Of a stretch of 64,000 bases of DNA, positions 58,885-64,000 are shown one piece after another. The notes beneath the pieces were generated by a model. The model made no database searches and was not told where the DNA came from. It worked only from the letters and a program-made list of their open reading frames with translations. The stretch's first letter is position 1; every line of letters starts with the position of its first letter. Source of the DNA: a virus; the IMG/VR virus record IMGVR_UViG_3300047499_000102, positions 34,011 to 98,010 of that record; one strand, given 5' to 3'. A program made the translations under genes and the position numbers.

Positions 58885-61800
58885 GTGAGCGCCCTTCACG
58901 ATCTCCTCGACCGTTTCCGCTCCGCCGCGGCGACCCACCGCGAGTCAGGCACGTATTTCGAGGAGCTGACCGTCGCGTACCTGAAGAACGAGCCCGTGTA
59001 CCGCGAGCTCTATCGGAGCGTCGAGCCCTACGCCGTGTGGGCCGAGCGACAGGGGCTCGACAAGCGCGACGCCGGTATCGACCTCGTCGCCGAGACGTTC
59101 ACCAACGAGGCCCACGCGATCCAGTGCAAGCTGTACGCGGCGGACTACGAGGTCAGGAAATCCGACATCGACAGCTTCTTCACCGCATCCGGCAAGAAGC
59201 CGTTCACGCACCGGATCATCTTCGCGACGACGAGCCACTGGTCCGAGCACGCGGAGGATGCTCTCCGCGGTCAGCACATCCCAGTCACCAAGGTCGACCT
59301 CAACGCGCTCGAGATCAGCGCGATCGATTGGTCCAGTTTCACGCCCCGCGAGCCGGTCGTCCTCAAGGCGAAGAAGACGCCTCGCCTTCACCAGCGCGAC
59401 GCGCTTGCCGCTGTTCGCGCGGGCCTCCAGGACGCCGACCGCGGGAAGCTGATCATGGCGTGCGGCACCGGGAAGACCTTCACGAGCCTGAAGATCGCCG
59501 AGGAGCTCGCGGGGGCAGGAAAGCGCGTGCTCTTCCTCGTCCCGAGCCTCGCGCTGCTCTCGCAGACGCTCACCGAGTGGACGCAGGAGAGTGACACGAA
59601 GCTCCAAAGCTTCGCGGTCTGTTCTGACAGCGACGTCGGGAAGAAGCGCAAGAAAGATGACGACACCGTGCAAACGTTCGTGCACGAGCTCCAGTACCCG
59701 GCGACGACGGACGCGAAGCGCCTCGCCGCCGAGATGAAGGCGCGGCACGACGCGAAGCACATGAGCGTCGTCTACGCGACGTACCACTCTATCGAGGTCG
59801 TGCATCGCGCCCAGCAGGAGCAGGGTCTCCCTGCCTTCGATCTCATCGTCTGCGACGAGGCGCACCGGACCACCGGCGCCACGTTCGACGGCGAGGATGA
59901 GAGCCCGTTCGTGCGCGTGCACGACGCCAAGTACATCCGCGCGAAGAAGCGCCTCTACATGACGGCGACGCCGCGCATCTTCGGCAACCTCGCGAAGGCG
60001 AAGGCGGAGCAGGACAGCGTCGAGCTCTGCTCGATGGACAAGGAGGAGCAGTACGGCAAGAACCTCCACGTCCTCACGTTCAACAAGGCGGTCACCGCGG
60101 GGTTGCTCGTCGATTACAAGGTCATCGTCCTCGCCGTCGACGAGGCGCACGTGAGCCGCCGCATCCAGGAGCTGCTGAAGTCGCCCGACAATACGCTCCG
60201 CGTCGACGACGCGTCGAAGATCATCGGCTGCTGGAAGGCGCTCTCCAAGCAGGGCATCGTCGAGGGATTGCACGGCGACGGTACGCCGATGAAACGCGCC
60301 GTCGCCTTCTGCCAGGTCATCGAGCGCCAGCCCAATGCGAGGGTGCACAAGGTCAGCTCGAAGGAGATCGCGGAGATCTTTGAGGCCGTCGTCAAGGCGT
60401 ACCAGGAGAGCGAGCCCACCGAAGACGGTGACACCGCGAAGCGGCTCCGCTGCGAGGCCGCGCACGTGGACGGCAGCATGAACGCGACGCAGAAGGAGGA
60501 GAAGATCGACTGGCTCAAGGCGGAGACGCCCGAGGACACGTGCCGCATCCTCAGCAACGTCCGCTGCCTCTCCGAAGGCGTAGACGTGCCGGCGCTCGAC
60601 GCGGTCCTCTTCTTGACGCCGCGTAACTCGCAGATTGACGTCGTCCAATCCGTCGGGCGCGTGATGCGCAAGATCGACGGCAAGAAGCGCGGGTACGTCG
60701 TGCTTCCGGTCGTCATCCCCGCCGGGAAGGAGCCGCACGAAGCGCTCAACGACAACGAGACCTATCGCGTCGTGTGGCAGGTGCTGAACGCGCTCCGCGC
60801 ACACGACGATCGCTTCGACGCGATGGTCAATAAGCTCTCCCTCATCGGCCAGGACACGACGAAGATGGAGGTCATCGCGATCTCCGACAAGATCGCACGT
60901 CGGCCGCGCTCGCGAGGCGGTTCCGAGGGCACGCGAATCGCCGCGCGGAAGCGAAGCGCCGTAGGCGGAAACACGATCGGCGTCGCCGGTCCGGGTGGGG
61001 ATGCGGACGCACCTGCTGCGCAAGCGACCTTGGAGTTCAACATCGGCGAGATCGAGCGCGCGATCTACGCGAAGCTCGTCGACAAGGTCGGCAACCGCCG
61101 CCACTGGGAGGAGTGGGCGAAGGACATCGCTGAGATCGCCGCCACGCACATCGATCGGATCAAGGGCATCCTCGAGAACAAGAAGAACAGGCGTGAGATC
61201 GATGCGTTCGAGAGCTTCCGCGACGAGCTCCGCGACGACTTAAACCCCAGCATCAGCGACGACGACGTCATCGAAATGCTGGCGCAGCACATGGTGACGA
61301 AGCCCGTCTTCGACGCGCTCTTCGCCGGCCACAGCTTCGCCACCGAGAACTCGATGTCGCGCGCCATGCAGAGCGTCCTCGACGTGCTGCACGAGCACCA
61401 TCTCGAGAAGGAGTCGAGCACCCTGAAGGCGTTCTACGACTCGGTGAAGCTGCGCGCGGAGGGAATCACGAACGCCGAGGGCAAGCAGAAAATCGTGCTC
61501 GAGCTGTACGACAAGTTCTTCAGCCACGCGTTCAAGAAGATGAGCGACCGGCTCGGCATCGTGTACACGCCGGTCGAGATCGTGGACTTCATTTTGAAGA
61601 GCGTCGATCACCTGCTGCGCACGGAGTTCGGGCAGACGCTTGGCGCCAAGGGCGTGCACATCCTCGACCCGTTCACGGGCACTGGCACGTTCATCACGCG
61701 CCTGATGCAGACTGGGCTCCTCTCGAAAGAGGAGCTCGCGCGTAAATACCGGGACGAGATCCACGCGAACGAGATCGTGTTGCTCGCCTATTACATCGCG

Positions 61801-63897
61801 GCGATCAACATCGAGGCCGCGTACCACGACGTCGTGGGGGGCGAGTACGCGCCGTTCGAGGGGATCTGCCTCACGGACACCTTTCAGCTCCATGAGAAGG
61901 ACGACCTCATCTCGCGTGTGCTCGTGGACAACAGCGCGCGCCGGACGCGGCAGAAGAAGCTCGACATTCGCGTCATCGTGTCGAACCCGCCGTACTCGAT
62001 CGGGCAGGAAAGCGAGAACGACAACAACGCGAACGTCGAGTACGAACACCTCGACGGACGCATCGCAGAGACTTACGCCGCGCGCACCAGCGCGAAGCTC
62101 GCGAAGGGACTCTACGACAGCTACGTGCGCGCCATCCGATGGGCGAGCGACCGTATCGGCGACCGCGGGGTCATCGGCTTCGTCACGAACGCAAACTTCA
62201 TCGAGGCGAACACGACGGACGGCCTCCGCAAGTGCCTCGCCGAAGAGTTCAGCGACCTCTACATGTTTCACCTGCGAGGCAACCAACGCACCGCGGGCGA
62301 GCGATCGAGGAAGGAGGGGGGCAAAATCTTCGGCAGCGGAAGCCGTGCGCCGGTGGCGATCTCGTTGCTGGTTAAGAACCCCAACGCGGCGCGGCGGGGC
62401 CGAATATTTTTCCGCGACGTCGGCGACTACCTTACGCGCGAGCAGAAACTCGCGACGGTGAAGGAGTTCGGGAGCGTGGAGGGGGTCACCAAAGGGAATG
62501 GCTGGACGGCCATCACGCCCGACGCGCATGGCGACTGGTTGAAGCAGCGGGACGAGAGTTTCGGTCGCCACATCGTCCTGGGCGACAGGAGCGGGGCGGA
62601 GCCCGCCGTGTTCGACGTCTTCTCCCTGGGCGTGAACACGAACCGCGACGCCTGGGTGCGCAGCCCCTCAGAGACCGGCCTTTCTGCGAATGTCGCCAAG
62701 ATGATCCGGTTCTACGAGGCTGAACGCGCGCGGTTCAACGCTCAACACCGAGCGCTGGATAAGAAGGCCCGCGCTGCGCGCGTCGATGACTTCGTGGACA
62801 CGGATCCCACGAGGATCAGCTGGACCGTGAACCTGAAGAGCGATCTCGCGCGGGACACGAAGCTTGCGTTCGATGCAACGCGCATCGTGCCGAGCCTCTA
62901 TCGACCGTTTTCGAAGGAATGGTTGTACTTCGATCGAAAGCTGAACGAGCGCGTGCTCCAGATGCCCCGCTTGTTTCCGTCGTCGAAGACGACGAACAGG
63001 GTCATCGGCGTGTCCGCTGGCGAGTCGCGGTCGGGATTTTCGGCCCTAATGGCCGACGTCGTTCCCAGCCTTCACGCCGCGGACATGGTTGGCTCGCAGT
63101 TTTTCCCGCTCTACGTGTACGAGGCGGACGACGATGGATCCGGCGCCGACCTGTTCGCGTCAACGAAGAGCAAGAAGAGTGCTGCTCCCACGCGCCGTGA
63201 CGCGATCACCGACGCTGGCCTGGCGCACTTCCGGGACGCGTACCCCGGCGAGAGGATCACGAAGGAGCACGTCTTCTACTACGTCTACGGCGTCCTCCAC
63301 TCGACCCAGTACCGCGAGCGCTACGCCGACAATCTCGGCAAGGAGCTCCCACGCATCCCGTGCATGAAGACGGCGGTGGATTTCTGGGCGTTCAGCAAGG
63401 CGGGGCGCGCGCTGGCGGATCTGCACGTCGGCTATGAGCGCGTGCCCGAGTATCAGGGCGTCACGATCGAGGGACCGAAGAAGCCGACGGGAGCGCAGTA
63501 CCGCGTCGAGAAAATGGCGTTCGGGAAGGGCAAGGACAAGACGATCATTCACTACAACGAGATCATCACCGTCCGCGAGATCCCGCTCGAGGCCTACGAG
63601 TACGTTGTGAACGGCAAGTCGGCGATCGAATGGGTGCGGGAGCGGCAGTGCGTCTTGACCGAGGACCCGAGCGGCATCGTGAAGGATGCGAACGCTTGGG
63701 CGACGGAGACCGTCGGCGACCCGCGCTACCCGCTCTCGCTGTTACTCCGCGTGATCACCGTGAGCCTCGAGACGATGAAGATCGTGCGCGGCCTTCCGCC
63801 GTTGAGCGAGGCCACGGTGTATCCGAAGACGGAGGGGCGCGAGTACCTCATGGTGGCAGAGCCGGTGGCGCCGCTCGGTAGGACTAAAGGCACATAG
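58885..63897 (+). CDS. Type ISP restriction-modification enzyme (LlaGI/LlaBIII-like): Mrr-like nuclease, SF2 helicase, N6-adenine MTase, target-recognition domain
   Basis: GIDLVA...IQCK; MACGTGKT; DEAHRT; MTATP; LSEGVDVP; Q.VGRVMR; DPFTGTGTF; NPPY; C-terminal Y.RPF.K.W.YF and ELPRIP. Confidence 0.95.
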   Translation: MSALHDLLDRFRSAAATHRESGTYFEELTVAYLKNEPVYRELYRSVEPYAVWAERQGLDKRDAGIDLVAETFTNEAHAIQCKLYAADYEVRKSDIDSFFTASGKKPFTHRIIFATTSHWSEHAEDALRGQHIPVTKVDLNALEISAIDWSSFTPREPVVLKAKKTPRLHQRDALAAVRAGLQDADRGKLIMACGTGKTFTSLKIAEELAGAGKRVLFLVPSLALLSQTLTEWTQESDTKLQSFAVCSDSDVGKKRKKDDDTVQTFVHELQYPATTDAKRLAAEMKARHDAKHMSVVYATYHSIEVVHRAQQEQGLPAFDLIVCDEAHRTTGATFDGEDESPFVRVHDAKYIRAKKRLYMTATPRIFGNLAKAKAEQDSVELCSMDKEEQYGKNLHVLTFNKAVTAGLLVDYKVIVLAVDEAHVSRRIQELLKSPDNTLRVDDASKIIGCWKALSKQGIVEGLHGDGTPMKRAVAFCQVIERQPNARVHKVSSKEIAEIFEAVVKAYQESEPTEDGDTAKRLRCEAAHVDGSMNATQKEEKIDWLKAETPEDTCRILSNVRCLSEGVDVPALDAVLFLTPRNSQIDVVQSVGRVMRKIDGKKRGYVVLPVVIPAGKEPHEALNDNETYRVVWQVLNALRAHDDRFDAMVNKLSLIGQDTTKMEVIAISDKIARRPRSRGGSEGTRIAARKRSAVGGNTIGVAGPGGDADAPAAQATLEFNIGEIERAIYAKLVDKVGNRRHWEEWAKDIAEIAATHIDRIKGILENKKNRREIDAFESFRDELRDDLNPSISDDDVIEMLAQHMVTKPVFDALFAGHSFATENSMSRAMQSVLDVLHEHHLEKESSTLKAFYDSVKLRAEGITNAEGKQKIVLELYDKFFSHAFKKMSDRLGIVYTPVEIVDFILKSVDHLLRTEFGQTLGAKGVHILDPFTGTGTFITRLMQTGLLSKEELARKYRDEIHANEIVLLAYYIAAINIEAAYHDVVGGEYAPFEGICLTDTFQLHEKDDLISRVLVDNSARRTRQKKLDIRVIVSNPPYSIGQESENDNNANVEYEHLDGRIAETYAARTSAKLAKGLYDSYVRAIRWASDRIGDRGVIGFVTNANFIEANTTDGLRKCLAEEFSDLYMFHLRGNQRTAGERSRKEGGKIFGSGSRAPVAISLLVKNPNAARRGRIFFRDVGDYLTREQKLATVKEFGSVEGVTKGNGWTAITPDAHGDWLKQRDESFGRHIVLGDRSGAEPAVFDVFSLGVNTNRDAWVRSPSETGLSANVAKMIRFYEAERARFNAQHRALDKKARAARVDDFVDTDPTRISWTVNLKSDLARDTKLAFDATRIVPSLYRPFSKEWLYFDRKLNERVLQMPRLFPSSKTTNRVIGVSAGESRSGFSALMADVVPSLHAADMVGSQFFPLYVYEADDDGSGADLFASTKSKKSAAPTRRDAITDAGLAHFRDAYPGERITKEHVFYYVYGVLHSTQYRERYADNLGKELPRIPCMKTAVDFWAFSKAGRALADLHVGYERVPEYQGVTIEGPKKPTGAQYRVEKMAFGKGKDKTIIHYNEIITVREIPLEAYEYVVNGKSAIEWVRERQCVLTEDPSGIVKDANAWATETVGDPRYPLSLLLRVITVSLETMKIVRGLPPLSEATVYPKTEGREYLMVAEPVAPLGRTKGT

Positions 63898-64000
63898 CCC
63901 TCTAGGCACCTGGCCACGCCGCCGAAGGCCCTCGAGCTCGACGCCGGCTGATGCTCCGCCACCCCGGCGCTGAGGGCCGCAGGAGGACGCGCGACGCGCT

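Overview
GC-rich window whose lipoprotein style suggests a Myxococcota/Polyangiaceae-like host (inference). About 1-57.9 kb is a tailed (pro)phage with a contractile, Mu-like morphogenesis module, almost all on the minus strand. In transcription order: a DNA-modification-like cluster (C5-MTase-like, ParB-like, ABC-ATPase/GNAT fusion), TerS and TerL, a DUF935-type portal fused to ParB-like and NUDIX domains, a Mu gpI-like protease/scaffold, two paralogous major-capsid-like genes around a decoration gene, a tRNA(CAT), head-tail connectors, sheath, tube, two paralogous chaperones, tape measure, a Mu-like baseplate and three paralogous fibre-like genes. These are followed by an unusually long run of signal-peptide proteins and lipoproteins, with a holin-like protein, a papain-like protease, a DUF1906-like hydrolase and a PTH2-like gene. 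The 50-58 kb region holds regulatory and accessory genes (HTH, HNH, ASCH, DUF932) arranged around nested 128-bp and 67-bp inverted repeats and a 17-bp direct repeat. The right end is a complete Type ISP restriction-modification gene. I found no integrase, transposase, replication module, reverse transcriptase or CRISPR array. All protein calls come from motif recognition by eye and gene order, not from database searches.
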